Assembly (NCBI GenBank): GCA_963786935.1
Contig: CAWBAN010000002.1
Location: 192,001-256,000 of the forward strand
Length of the DNA stretch: 64,000 nucleotides
DNA from: an uncultured bacterium
GTDB lineage: Bacteria > Krumholzibacteriota > Krumholzibacteriia > Krumholzibacteriales > Krumholzibacteriaceae
Direction: 5' to 3'
The translations under genes were made by a program, and so were the position numbers. The notes below the pieces were generated by a model, which was not told the DNA's origin, ran no database searches, and worked only from the letters and a program-made list of their open reading frames with translations. Positions 10,017 to 20,400 of the stretch are shown here, one piece after another (the first letter of the stretch is position 1; every line of letters begins with the position of its first letter).

Positions 10017-10544
10017 CTATCCGGCCAGCTTCTCGGGCGGGAGCAGGAGCTTGTCGATCACGTGGATCACGCCGTTCGACGCCGGCACGTCGGGCCGCAC
10101 GATGGGTGCGCCGCCGACCGTAAACCCGCCCCCCGGCGCGGGCTCGATCGTGAGCACATCGCCGAGAAGCGTGGCCGCGCTCGGGATCTTTCCGAGATCC
10201 GCGGCCATGATCCTGCCCGGCAGAACGTGGTACAGCAGGATGTTCTTCAGCGTGGGCACGTCCTGAAGGAGCGACTCCGCGGCGCCGGGAGGGAGCTTCG
10301 CGAAGACGCTGTCGGGCGGCGCGAATAAGGTGAAGGGGCCCTCACCCGCGAGCGTGCCGGCGAGCCCCGCCGTCTCGATTGCCGCCGCGAGCGTCGAGAA
10401 ACGCCCGTCCCCCGAAATCACGTCGACGATGGTGCCGGCCGCGGGCGTCCCCTCGGGCTTCCGCTCGGCTTCCTTCTTCTTCCCGCAGCATACGAACGCG
10501 GCGCAGAGCGCGCAGCAGAGCGCGACGGTGAGCAGCTTCTTCAT
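10017..10544 (-). CDS. Fasciclin (FAS1) domain lipoprotein
   Basis: FTLFAP, LLYHV and NGVIHVID motifs; start MKKLLTVAL. Confidence 0.85.
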   Translation of the reverse strand: MKKLLTVALCCALCAAFVCCGKKKEAERKPEGTPAAGTIVDVISGDGRFSTLAAAIETAGLAGTLAGEGPFTLFAPPDSVFAKLPPGAAESLLQDVPTLKNILLYHVLPGRIMAADLGKIPSAATLLGDVLTIEPAPGGGFTVGGAPIVRPDVPASNGVIHVIDKLLLPPEKLAG

Positions 10545-10561
10545 CGGTGCCTCCTTGCCGC

Positions 10562-13057
10562 TTATCGCGGCTGATCCTTGAAATCCGGTTTTGCGATGAC
10601 GGGGAGCAGCACGTGCGACGGATGCGCCGCGTCGTGGTAGATCCTCTGCGTCGCCGCGACGAACTTCGTCTCCGTTTCGTTGTGCTTGCCCGTGTTCAGG
10701 TTTCTCGAGAACGTCGGAAACGCGGCGGAAGCCACCTCGACGCGGAGCTTTCTCCCCTTGGGGATCGTGACGCCGGTCTGCCACAGGTCGAGGCGGTATT
10801 CGCAGATCTCCCCGGGCGTGAGGAGCTTCGGCTTCGAGAAGGACTCGCGGTAGCGGGCCCTGATCGTTCCGCGGCAGAGCGGAAAGACGAGCCCGTTCTC
10901 GTCGATTTCCGACAAGCTCATGAACCAATCGGTGTCCTTGGCCGATGAGCTCGCGTAGAGCACGGCCGAGACGGGGCCCGCGATGACGAGCGAGTCGGTC
11001 ATCGGGGGCGTCTCGTACACGAGAATGTCCCGGCGCGCCTCGTTCACCTTGCCGTAATACGCGTACGCCTCCTCGATCTTCTTTTCGACCGATTCGACAC
11101 GCGCGCTGTCCCCCGCCGCGCCGGCGGAATCCTCGGGCTCCACGTAGCCCCGCGGGTCGGGCGTCGGATCGGCCGGATCGTACACGTAGCCGTCGGAGGG
11201 CGAATCCGCCGGAGGCGCCTCGAACCCGAGCCGCCCGTCCCCCTTCGACGTGTTCGCCGAGCCGCCGCTCGAGAGATAATACTTCGTGAATCTCGTCTCC
11301 GGCAGGGGATAGACGGGGCCCGTGAGCCACCGGTCCGTGTTCATGACGAAGAGGCTGACGAGGGGCTCGCGGTTTATGCCGTTATCGATTCCCTTGAGCC
11401 AGCGGTCGAGCCAGCGCAGGTAGCTTCCCTCGAGATCGATCGTCGCGTTCGGGCCGAAGTCCCGGTCGTTGGGGCCGCGGCGCGTCGCCGCGTCGGTGTG
11501 CCCCCACGGGCCGAGGACGAGCTTCTGAACGGCGCGGCCCGAGCGCGCCGCCGCGAGGTAGTTGAGCTTCGATCCGATTCCGTCCCCGTCGAACCAGCCC
11601 GACTGATGGTACACGGGGATCGCGAGGCTCCCGATGTCCTCGAGGAAGCTCGCGCGGCGCCAGTACGAGTCGTTATCGGGATGCTTGATCCACTCGCGCC
11701 AGTACCTGTTCTTCTTCCCGAGCACCTTCTCGTCGAGATCGATCACCGGGAGATGCCGCAGCAGCTTGTCATAATCCTTGTTGTAAATGGCGGACATCGC
11801 CTTGCCCGAGAGATCCGCCGTCGCCTCCTGCTCGAGAACGTCGGCCCACCAGATCGCGCCGAGCAGGAAGAACGAGCCGTACTCGTACGGTATGTTGAAA
11901 TAGGGATCGGGAGGAGAGACGTTCGGAATGATCGTCGCGAGATGGGGGGGGGCCTCGCGCGCCGCCCACCACTGGACCCAGCCGAGATACGAGCCGCCGA
12001 TCATGCCGACCTTGCCGCTGGACCACGGCTGCGCGGCGAGCCATTCGACCGTATCGTAGCCGTCAGCCGCCTCGTCGAAGAATGGATTCCATTTTCCCTC
12101 CGAGGCGAAGCGGCCGCGGCAGTCCTGCACGGCGAAGACGTATCCGCGCCGCGCGTAGAACTTGGCCTTGAGCTCCGACATGTCCTTCCCGTACGGCGTG
12201 CGGACGAGAATCACGGGGAATTTTCCGGCGGCGGCGGGCTTGTAGATGTCGGTCGCGAGCCTCTTCCCGTCGCGCATCCTCACCATCGCGTTCTTCTCGA
12301 CGGCCACCTCGAACTCGGGGCGCGAGAGGAGCGAGTCGGTCTCGGCGCGTATCCGCAGCACCTCGTACCCCTCGCGCACGTAGGCCGCCCGCTGGGCGGG
12401 GACCTCGGCGAGGCAGAGCCTTCCATTCTCGTCGATCCAGGCGATCAGGTCGACGCCGGGGAGCCCGTACCGGTACAGCGTGAAGGTCCTCGGCTCTCCG
12501 TTCACGAACCGCTCGGTCGTCTCGAGCCGCTCGAGCGAGGCCTCGAGGACGACCGCGGGGACGATGAAGAGGGGGAACGTCTGCGTGCCCCCTTTGGCGG
12601 CGTCGTACGCGAGGATCGCCTGGCTGATGAGCGCCGGGCTCGAGTTCTCGAAGAGGACGGTGCCCGGCTTGAGCTCGACCGTGCTGGCGCTCCCGCTCGT
12701 GGTGATCGTCGCACGCAGACCGTCGCGGGTGACGATCGCGTCCCCGCGGGGGCTCTTGATCTTGATCGTCCGCCAGAGGCCGGCGGAGTCCGCGTCGATC
12801 TCGATCGACGCGGCGAAGCTCTGGCCGCCGATCGCGACCGTGATGTCCTCGAAGAAATCGCCCCCCGGCTTCCAGTCGGAGACGATCGTGGCGATCGCCT
12901 CCTCGTTCACATATATGGAGAATTTGGCCGAATCCTGCGGCATGCTGAGGGGAGCGATCCCCTGCGCGAGCGAGTCGGCGGCGCCCCGGGCGGCGGGGCT
13001 CCAGGCGATCCAACATACCAACAGGCTCAAAATCAACGAGATAAGGCGTCCGCGCAT
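10562..13057 (-). CDS. CocE/NonD family serine hydrolase, secreted
   Basis: MRDG..LATDIY, RTPY, QDCRG, GGSYLG nucleophile motif, GPWGH. Confidence 0.9.
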   Translation of the reverse strand: MRGRLISLILSLLVCWIAWSPAARGAADSLAQGIAPLSMPQDSAKFSIYVNEEAIATIVSDWKPGGDFFEDITVAIGGQSFAASIEIDADSAGLWRTIKIKSPRGDAIVTRDGLRATITTSGSASTVELKPGTVLFENSSPALISQAILAYDAAKGGTQTFPLFIVPAVVLEASLERLETTERFVNGEPRTFTLYRYGLPGVDLIAWIDENGRLCLAEVPAQRAAYVREGYEVLRIRAETDSLLSRPEFEVAVEKNAMVRMRDGKRLATDIYKPAAAGKFPVILVRTPYGKDMSELKAKFYARRGYVFAVQDCRGRFASEGKWNPFFDEAADGYDTVEWLAAQPWSSGKVGMIGGSYLGWVQWWAAREAPPHLATIIPNVSPPDPYFNIPYEYGSFFLLGAIWWADVLEQEATADLSGKAMSAIYNKDYDKLLRHLPVIDLDEKVLGKKNRYWREWIKHPDNDSYWRRASFLEDIGSLAIPVYHQSGWFDGDGIGSKLNYLAAARSGRAVQKLVLGPWGHTDAATRRGPNDRDFGPNATIDLEGSYLRWLDRWLKGIDNGINREPLVSLFVMNTDRWLTGPVYPLPETRFTKYYLSSGGSANTSKGDGRLGFEAPPADSPSDGYVYDPADPTPDPRGYVEPEDSAGAAGDSARVESVEKKIEEAYAYYGKVNEARRDILVYETPPMTDSLVIAGPVSAVLYASSSAKDTDWFMSLSEIDENGLVFPLCRGTIRARYRESFSKPKLLTPGEICEYRLDLWQTGVTIPKGRKLRVEVASAAFPTFSRNLNTGKHNETETKFVAATQRIYHDAAHPSHVLLPVIAKPDFKDQPR

Positions 13058-13199
13058 GCGAGCATCTCCTTTTCTTCGGCGGCGCTCTCCGCCGGCGCGA
13101 GGGTCTCCTTCCGGACGGGCAGGGAAATTACATCCCAGATGCCGGTTTTATGCAATGCCGAAGATGGGATGAGTGTTCGGGCGCGGGGACATTTTCCAT

Positions 13200-13227
13200 T
13201 TGACTAAAGCGGCATAATTGGTATATT
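13200..13227 (+). promoter_or_regulatory. Putative sigma70 promoter of secDF
   Basis: TTGACT-16 bp-TATATT with a TG extension, in an AT-rich intergenic region. Confidence 0.5.
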
Positions 13228-13271
13228 TTACAGTTTCTTGAACCAAATAATCATAGCGGAAGCGAGGGAAC

Positions 13272-14990
13272 GTGAACAAGTCCGATAGAATCAGGGCAAT
13301 AACCAGCGCAATCGTCATTGTGCTCTCCCTCTGGTTCCTCTGGCCGACCTACCGGCTCGCCACCATGAGCAAGGAGGACCAGCAGAAGCTCGAGACCGAA
13401 AATCCGGAGAAGATCGACAAGCTTCACCAGAAGGCGCTCAAGCTCGGTCTCGACCTCAAGGGAGGCATGCACCTCACCCTCGAGGTCGACGATTCGCAGC
13501 TCAAGGAAGACGAGAAGAAGGATATCCTCGACCGGGCGCTCGAGATCGTGCGCAACCGCGTCGATCAGTTCGGCGTGAGCGAGCCGACGATCCAGAAGGA
13601 AGGCTCCAAGCGCATCATCGTGCAGCTGCCGGGGCTCACCGATCCGGATCGCGCCAAGCGGCTCCTCGGGCAGACCGCGATGCTCGAATGGCGGCTCATC
13701 CGCCAGCAGCAGGAGACCGCCGACGTGCTGAGGAAGCTCGACGAGACCTTCCGGCGCGTCGCCGGGGATTCGCTCGTCGAGATCGGCACGCCGAAGACCG
13801 ACACGCTCGGCGTCGTTCCCGAGCCGTCGAAGACGCCGAAGGCCGCGCCGGCCGCGCAGCCGATGCCCGGCGAAAGCCTCTTCGCGGGGGCGAAGACCGG
13901 TGATGGCATGCCCCTCAACGTGCCCCTCGAGACGGTCGACAGGACGAAGCCGTTCACCTCGCTCCTCGTGAGCTTCTATCGCGACTGGGTCATCGTGGCG
14001 GAGGACAACGTTCCCCTCGTGCGCAGGATGCTCGCCCGTCCGGAGGCCGTGGCCGCGATGCCGAAGGACAGCGAGTTCATGTGGTTCGACCAATGGATGG
14101 AGCTCCCCGAGGGGGGCAGGGGAAGGCCGCTCATGCTCGTGGCCAAGGACGAGTACGTGTCGGGCGCCAATCTCGTGAGCGCCGAGCCGCAATCGAATCC
14201 CCAGGCGCCGGGCCAGATGTCCGTGTCGTTCACGTTCAACCGCAAGGGCGCGCGCGAGCTTTCGCGCTTCACCGGCGATAACGTCGGGCGCTTCACCGCG
14301 ATCATTCTCGACGGAAAGATCAAATCGTTCCCCGTGATCAAGAGCAAGATTCCCGACGGCCGCGGCGTCATCGAAGGCACCTTCACCGACGTCGAGGCGC
14401 GCGATCTCGCGATCGTGCTGCGGGCGGGCGCGCTTCCCGCGCCGATGTTCACGAGAGAGGAGCGCACGGTCGGGCCGAGCCTCGGCTCGGATTCGATCAG
14501 GCAGGGTCTGCGCGCGGGGCTCCTCGGCGCCGGCACCGTTGTCATCTTCATGATGATCTACTATCAAATGTCCGGTGTCATCGCCACGCTTGGTCTCGCG
14601 GTGACGATGCTCGGCCTGTTCGGATTCCTCGCGTACTTCGGAGCGGCGCTGACGCTCCCGGGCATCGCGGGGCTCGTACTCACGGTCGGTATGGCCGTTG
14701 ACGCGAACGTGCTCATCTACGAGCGCATCAGGGAGGAGATCCGCCGGGAGAAGACCATCCGGGCCGCCGTCGACGCCGGCTACGACCGCGCCTTCGTCAC
14801 GATTCTCGACTCGAACCTGACGACGCTCATCACCGCGATCGCGCTCTGGCAGTTCGGAACCGGCCCGATCAAGGGCTTCGCGACGACGCTGAGCATCGGG
14901 ATTCTCACGAGCATGTTCGCGGCGTGCGTGTTCTGCCGCTTGATTTTCCATCTCTGGATTTCGCATCCCATGAAGAAGCTCAGCATTTAA
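13272..14990 (+). CDS. secD: Protein translocase subunit SecD
   Basis: LGLDLKGG, RVDQFGVSEP, GALPAP, LTLPGIAG, GMAVDANVLIYERIREE, GPIKGFA. Confidence 0.97.
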   Translation: MNKSDRIRAITSAIVIVLSLWFLWPTYRLATMSKEDQQKLETENPEKIDKLHQKALKLGLDLKGGMHLTLEVDDSQLKEDEKKDILDRALEIVRNRVDQFGVSEPTIQKEGSKRIIVQLPGLTDPDRAKRLLGQTAMLEWRLIRQQQETADVLRKLDETFRRVAGDSLVEIGTPKTDTLGVVPEPSKTPKAAPAAQPMPGESLFAGAKTGDGMPLNVPLETVDRTKPFTSLLVSFYRDWVIVAEDNVPLVRRMLARPEAVAAMPKDSEFMWFDQWMELPEGGRGRPLMLVAKDEYVSGANLVSAEPQSNPQAPGQMSVSFTFNRKGARELSRFTGDNVGRFTAIILDGKIKSFPVIKSKIPDGRGVIEGTFTDVEARDLAIVLRAGALPAPMFTREERTVGPSLGSDSIRQGLRAGLLGAGTVVIFMMIYYQMSGVIATLGLAVTMLGLFGFLAYFGAALTLPGIAGLVLTVGMAVDANVLIYERIREEIRREKTIRAAVDAGYDRAFVTILDSNLTTLITAIALWQFGTGPIKGFATTLSIGILTSMFAACVFCRLIFHLWISHPMKKLSI

Positions 14991-15012
14991 CGAAAGGCGC
15001 AGAGGAGCGTAC

Positions 15013-16194
15013 ATGGAATTCTTTCATAAAACGAATATCGATTTCATCGGCTTCCGCTACAAAGCCTTCATCATATCGGGCCTGATCATCGTCGCGGGGC
15101 TCGTCTCGGCGATCGCCAAGGGGGGCTACAAGCTCTCCGTCGAGTTCGAGGGGGGCACGCTCGTGCAGGTGAAGTTCGATCAGGTCGAGCCGATCGCGGA
15201 CGTCCGCGCGTCGATGGCGCGCGCCGGGTACGAGAACGCCGAGATCCAGCAGTACGGCGAGGCCGGCGACGAGTACATCATCAAGATCGGCGGGGTGGAG
15301 GAGACCCCCATCGCCTCCGAGCATCTCCTCAAGGGCCTCAACGAGGTGGCGCCGGGCCTGAAATGGACGGTGCTTTCGTCGCAGCAGCAGGCGCCGGACC
15401 TCTCCAAGAATTTCGAGGGGGCCACGCTGCTCAAGGTCGAGGCGGATTCGATCCCCGAGATCGAGGGCCTCACCGCGCGCATGAAGGAAGCCGGCTACGG
15501 CATTCTCGAGGCGACCAAGGAGACCTCGAAGCAGGCGTCCTTCAGAATCCCGCTCCTCGGCGCGGAATCGAAGGTCGCCGACGCCCTCAAGGCGGAGCTC
15601 GCGAAGGATTTCCCCGATCGGGCGATCGAGATCCGCCGGACCGAAACGATCGGACCCAAGGTCGGCAAGGAGCTTCAGAGCAAGGCGTGGGCCGCCATCA
15701 TCGTGTCCCTCTTCGGTATCCTCGTGTACGTCTCGTGGCGGTTCGAGCTCAAGTTCGCCGTGGGCGCGGTGCTCTCGCTCGCCCATGACGTTCTCGTCAC
15801 GGTCGGCCTCTTTTCGATATTCAACCGCGAGATTTCCCTCTTCGTCGTCGCGGCGCTGCTGACGATCGTCGGGTACTCGATCAACGATACGATCGTGGTG
15901 TACGACCGGATCCGCGAGAACTTCGGGCTCCGGCGGCGCGAGAGCTACGAGGGGATGATCAACGTCTCCATCAACGAGACGCTGAGCCGAACGATCATCA
16001 CCGTGCTGACCGTCTTCATCGTGACGATGTTCCTCCTCTTCATGGGCGGCGAGTTCGTCCGCGATTTCGCGCTCGCGATGACGATCGGCCTCGTCACGGG
16101 AACGTACTCGTCCATCTACGTGGCGAGCGCGATCGTGGTCGAATGGCAGAACCGGATCACCAATCGCAAGAAAGCGGCGCGGGCGGCCGCCTGA
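15013..16194 (+). CDS. secF: Protein translocase subunit SecF
   Basis: EFEGGT, IGPKVGKEL, HDV, GYSINDTIVVYDRIRE, GTYSSIYVAS. Confidence 0.97.
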   Translation: MEFFHKTNIDFIGFRYKAFIISGLIIVAGLVSAIAKGGYKLSVEFEGGTLVQVKFDQVEPIADVRASMARAGYENAEIQQYGEAGDEYIIKIGGVEETPIASEHLLKGLNEVAPGLKWTVLSSQQQAPDLSKNFEGATLLKVEADSIPEIEGLTARMKEAGYGILEATKETSKQASFRIPLLGAESKVADALKAELAKDFPDRAIEIRRTETIGPKVGKELQSKAWAAIIVSLFGILVYVSWRFELKFAVGAVLSLAHDVLVTVGLFSIFNREISLFVVAALLTIVGYSINDTIVVYDRIRENFGLRRRESYEGMINVSINETLSRTIITVLTVFIVTMFLLFMGGEFVRDFALAMTIGLVTGTYSSIYVASAIVVEWQNRITNRKKAARAAA

Positions 16195-16201
16195 TACGGC
16201 G

Positions 16202-16708
16202 ATGCTGGAGCATGCCGGACTCGTCATCCTGTACGCGGCCCTCTTCTCCCTGAACGTCCTCGGACTGGCGGGCGTGCCGGGCAATTGGATATCGCTCGGC
16301 GCGATCGCCGTGTACGCAGCCGCGACGCGGTTCTCGTCCGTCGGATGGAAGACCCTCCTCGTCATGGCCGGGATCACCGCAATAGGAGAGATCGCGGAAT
16401 CGCTCATCGGCACCGTGTACGTCGCCCGCAAGGGCGCGACGAAGTGGGGGGTGCTCGGAGCGTTCGTCGGGGGAATCGCCGGCGCGATTTTCGGGACCGC
16501 GATCGTACCGGTCGTGGGGAGCATCCTGTTCGGGTTCGCCGGCGCGTTCGCCGGCGCGGTCGCGAGCGAGTACATCTTTTACCGGTCTCTGGACCGGGCG
16601 CTCCGGACCGGTTTTTTCGCGTTCGTCGGCAAGCTGATCGCGATGCTCGTCAAATTCGCCCTCGCCGCCGTGGTGCTGGCGCTATTCATATACAGAACAT
16701 GGCCTTGA
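16202..16708 (+). CDS. DUF456-family membrane protein
   Basis: VPG motif, GAxxWGxxGAxxGGIxG and GAFAGAxxxE pattern. Confidence 0.75.
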   Translation: MLEHAGLVILYAALFSLNVLGLAGVPGNWISLGAIAVYAAATRFSSVGWKTLLVMAGITAIGEIAESLIGTVYVARKGATKWGVLGAFVGGIAGAIFGTAIVPVVGSILFGFAGAFAGAVASEYIFYRSLDRALRTGFFAFVGKLIAMLVKFALAAVVLALFIYRTWP

Positions 16709-16716
16709 GCCCAAAA

Positions 16717-16820
16717 CGTCCACTTTTGTGGACGCCATTCTCAAAAAGTGGACACTCCGCCCCCCCGCATATATGGCTAATTCGTTTGTTTTCAATAAAA
16801 TAAAATGGCACAGGCTATGC
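16717..16820 (+). promoter_or_regulatory. sigma54 (-24/-12) promoter with upstream palindromic activator sites
   Basis: TGGCAC-AGGCT-ATGC at 16806-16820 (GG-N10-GC). Palindrome CGTCCAC-TTTT-GTGGACG at 16717-16734, a second GTGGAC half-site nearby and an AT-rich tract in between. Confidence 0.65.
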
Positions 16821-16899
16821 GTTAAAATGAATAGGCTGAGAATGCCCTGAGGGTGGATTGCGCCCCGGTCGAGCCGTCGGGGCTAAGGAAGCGTGGACC

Positions 16900-17406
16900 A
16901 TGTCGATCGCGCGAATCGGCGGTATTTCAATCTCGCTCATCGCCGCGCTCCTCGTGGCGATCTCGCCGGCCTCCGCGCAGCAGAAGCGAAAGCTGGAGGA
17001 GCCGAAGGGCCATTCCGTGCCGGCCGCCGAGATCGACGATGCGCCGCTCATCGTTTTCAGGAATATCGAGAAGGCATGGCAGGCCGAGAACGCGCAGGCG
17101 CTCTCGGATCTTCTGAGCGAGTCGCGCGTCTTCATGGAGATTCGCGGCATCGACCGCCGGGGCGGGTATTTCACGAAGCCGCAGATGCTCTACATCTTCA
17201 AGGACATGTTCGGGAACACGACGCAGACCATGTTCACGTTCGTGAAATATCAAAATCTCGAAAAGCAGGACAGCAAGATTTACGGGATGGCCATGAGGAG
17301 CTACAAGATCAATCAAAGCGGCGGGCTCTACAAGGATAAGGTTTATATCACCCTCGTCAGAGAAGGTTCGCGGTGGGCGGTGGCGGAGATCAAGTCCACG
17401 TGGTAG
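16900..17406 (+). CDS. Secreted hypothetical protein (possibly NTF2-like)
   Basis: Signal peptide, typical codon usage, lies directly after the sigma54 site. Confidence 0.7.
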   Translation: MSIARIGGISISLIAALLVAISPASAQQKRKLEEPKGHSVPAAEIDDAPLIVFRNIEKAWQAENAQALSDLLSESRVFMEIRGIDRRGGYFTKPQMLYIFKDMFGNTTQTMFTFVKYQNLEKQDSKIYGMAMRSYKINQSGGLYKDKVYITLVREGSRWAVAEIKSTW

Positions 17407-17434
17407 CGCGCGCGAATTGCGGAGCCTTTGAGCC

Positions 17435-20400
17435 GTGCTTCAGGACAAAGAACAGAGAATATTCCAAAGCGTCCTCTGGGCGTTTCTTCTCGGATCGCTG
17501 ATATTCCTCGTCGCGCGCCTGTCGCTCGGCAGGCTGACGCTCCCCGCGACCGTCTGGTACATGCTCCTCTTCCTCGACGTCGGATTCATCGTATTCATCT
17601 TCGTCCCCCATGCGGGCAGCGGCGTGCCCGGCGTGCCGGGAAGGCACGAAGAGACGGTCGAGAAGCACCGGTGGTATCCGCGCCACCTGGCCGAGGTCAT
17701 CGAGGGAAGAGGGGGAGAGAAACCGGCCCGGGCCGAGGGGGGCGTCTATCCTCCTTCGCGCGCGATTCCGCCGGTGCCGCTCGTCCCGCTCGTGCTCCTC
17801 GGCCTGTGTCTCGCGATGGCCTATCCCGGCGCGCCCGCGGAGAAGGCGTGGCGGGAGAAGGAGGCGGTGCGCCTCAAGAGCGTGTACGACGACGCTTCGC
17901 GCGAGCTCGCGCGGCTCGAGCGGCTCGCCGTGAGCCTCGGATCCGCGGCGTCGTCGCGCGTCGACTGGAGCGTCGTCGCGCGGGGAGACAACGCCGATCG
18001 ATCGGCCCTCATCCGGAGCGCCGATTCGCTGGCGAAATCGATCGACCTCGGCGACGTGCCCCTCCGCGAGGTGGGAATCCAGATATTCTCTCCCGCGGGG
18101 GAGCGGATCGCGTGGGGAGGCACGCCGCGGTACCTCGACGCGGAGCGTCCCGGCGCGCCCGCCGGCACGATCGTCTTCATGAGCAGGGCGCCGCTCCACA
18201 CGCTGCTCGTGTGCGAGGTGCGGGATCCGGTCCGCGGCGCCGTCGCCGTCGACATTCCGCTCGAGGTGAACTTTCTCATCAACAACCGGTTCCTGCGGAG
18301 CACGAGCCTCGGCGAGGCGCTGTCGCGCCGGTACGGTGACGAAGTGGAGTTCACGTTCGGGACGGGGGAGCGGCGGGGAATCGCCGCATGGGCCGATCCG
18401 GCGCCGACCGGCAAGGACGCGCAGATCTTCTACAGCCCGATCATCGGGATTCAGGTGGTCGGCGTGCTGCGGGCGTCGACGGGGATGCCGCTCGCGCGGC
18501 TCAAGGTGCTGGGCGATCCCTACGCGGAGATCATCCGCGAGGCCGAGGCGCGCAGGGCGCGCTGGGCGAGCCTGCTGCTCTCGATCGCGGTCATCGTCGT
18601 CGTCGTGTGGTTCTTCAGAAGCTATTTCAAACGCTCCGCGGCGGCGGGCTCGCCGCGCGGGATTCTCCTGCGCAGGATCGGAGCGCTCGCCGCCTCGCTC
18701 GCCGTCATCCGGCTGATCCTCCTCAGGCTCAACGTTCCCGGCGGGCTCGTCGGGACGCAGATATTCAGCCCCGCCGTCTTCGCAGACGCCATGCCGGGCG
18801 GCGTCATGCGCAACGCGGGAGATTTCTTCGTCTCCGCCGTCTTCATGCTCATCCTCGTGTTCGGCTCGATCAAGGCGTACCGGACGTACTACCGCGGGAT
18901 CCTCGAGCGGCCGCTCGGCGCGGGAGGGGGATTCGTCGCGGCGCGGGCCGCGGCGAAGGCCGTGATTATCTTCGGCGCGCTCGAGGGGGCCGTCGCGCTC
19001 GCCTCGAACGTGGTCTCGCGCGCGACGGTCAACGCGCTGCCCCGCCTCGTCGGGCTCGACGTGGATCTTTTCGATGCGCCGGTGCTCGCGCTCCATCTCT
19101 CGCTCCTCTTCGCCGTCTCGGCCGGTTTCATCGCGGCGCTCTTCGTCGTCCGGCTCGCGCTCGTCTGGGGAGACCGGCGGCTCTTCGAGGGGCTCGCCGC
19201 GTCGGCTGCGGCGATGGCGGGGATCGTCGCGCTGAACGCGCCGCACGGCGGCCTCGCGCTCGCGGCCGCGGGGCTGCTCGCGCTCTCGTTCAGGATCTTT
19301 CCGCTGCTCAAGAAGGAGGAGGCGGTTTCGGTCGCCTTCGCGTCGTTCTTTCTCGTGCTCGTCTCGTCGCTCGCCGTCTACGCGACGGCGAGCGAGCGCT
19401 ACACGGATCTGCGGAAAGGGTACGTGCTCGAGAAGCTGAAGGAGTTCAACAATCCCGCCGACAACTGGATGCAGGTATACCTCCCCGATATCTGCGCGGA
19501 GATCTCGAACGATCCGTCGATATCGTCGCGCGTCGTCTCGCGGGAGGAATCGGCCGCCTTCGAGATCTGGGCGCAGAGCAGCATCAGCCGGGGCGGCCTC
19601 TCGTGCGTTTTCGAGGTGTACGACGCGGACGGTACGCGCACGTCTCGGTTCGCCGTGGGGATGCCTTTCGAGATTCCCCGCCGGATCCCCGAACGCGCGC
19701 GGTTCGCGGCGGGGCCGTACGTGGAAACGGCGCGCGCCGAGACGCGGGGAGGCGCCGTGCTCTACTACGCGGGCTACGCGCCGGTATTCCACGTGCGCGG
19801 GCAGCTCCTCGGCTGGGTCGAGATCACGATTCCGTATTTCTTCGAAAATCCCGAGCTCCTCGCGCGCACGGGGCGCATGGCGCCCGAGATTCTGCATAAT
19901 TTCGATCCGGGAGGAGAGCGCCGCCGCGATATGCCCGAGAAGCTTCTCGTGGCGCGCGTGTCGGGGGACCGGGTGATCGCCTCCTCGGACAGCGGGCTGC
20001 GCGCGGGGACCGTTCCCGGGGGGCGCGAGGGGGAATGGTTCTCGATCGCCGTCGGGAAGGACGCGTACGACTGCAACACGCAGCTCGGCGCCGGTGGCGA
20101 GGGATACCTCGTCGGCTACCGGGTCTCGACCGCGCTCGAGAGCCTGCTCCAGTGGGCGACGATCGTCTCGCTCGACGTGCTCCTCACGATTCTCTCGCTC
20201 GTCGTCCTGTTCGTGCTGAAGCGCCTGCCCGTGCTCAAGGGCGTCATGCCGGACGTGTCTCCGGGGCGCGGGATCGGTTTCCGGCAGAAGGTGTTGCTCT
20301 CGTTCCTCGTCGTCTCGATCCTGCCCGTCGTGATTCTCGGATCGTTCTCGAGCCAGCTCATCACACGGCGCTACCGCGCGGAGGAAGAGAACAGGGCGCT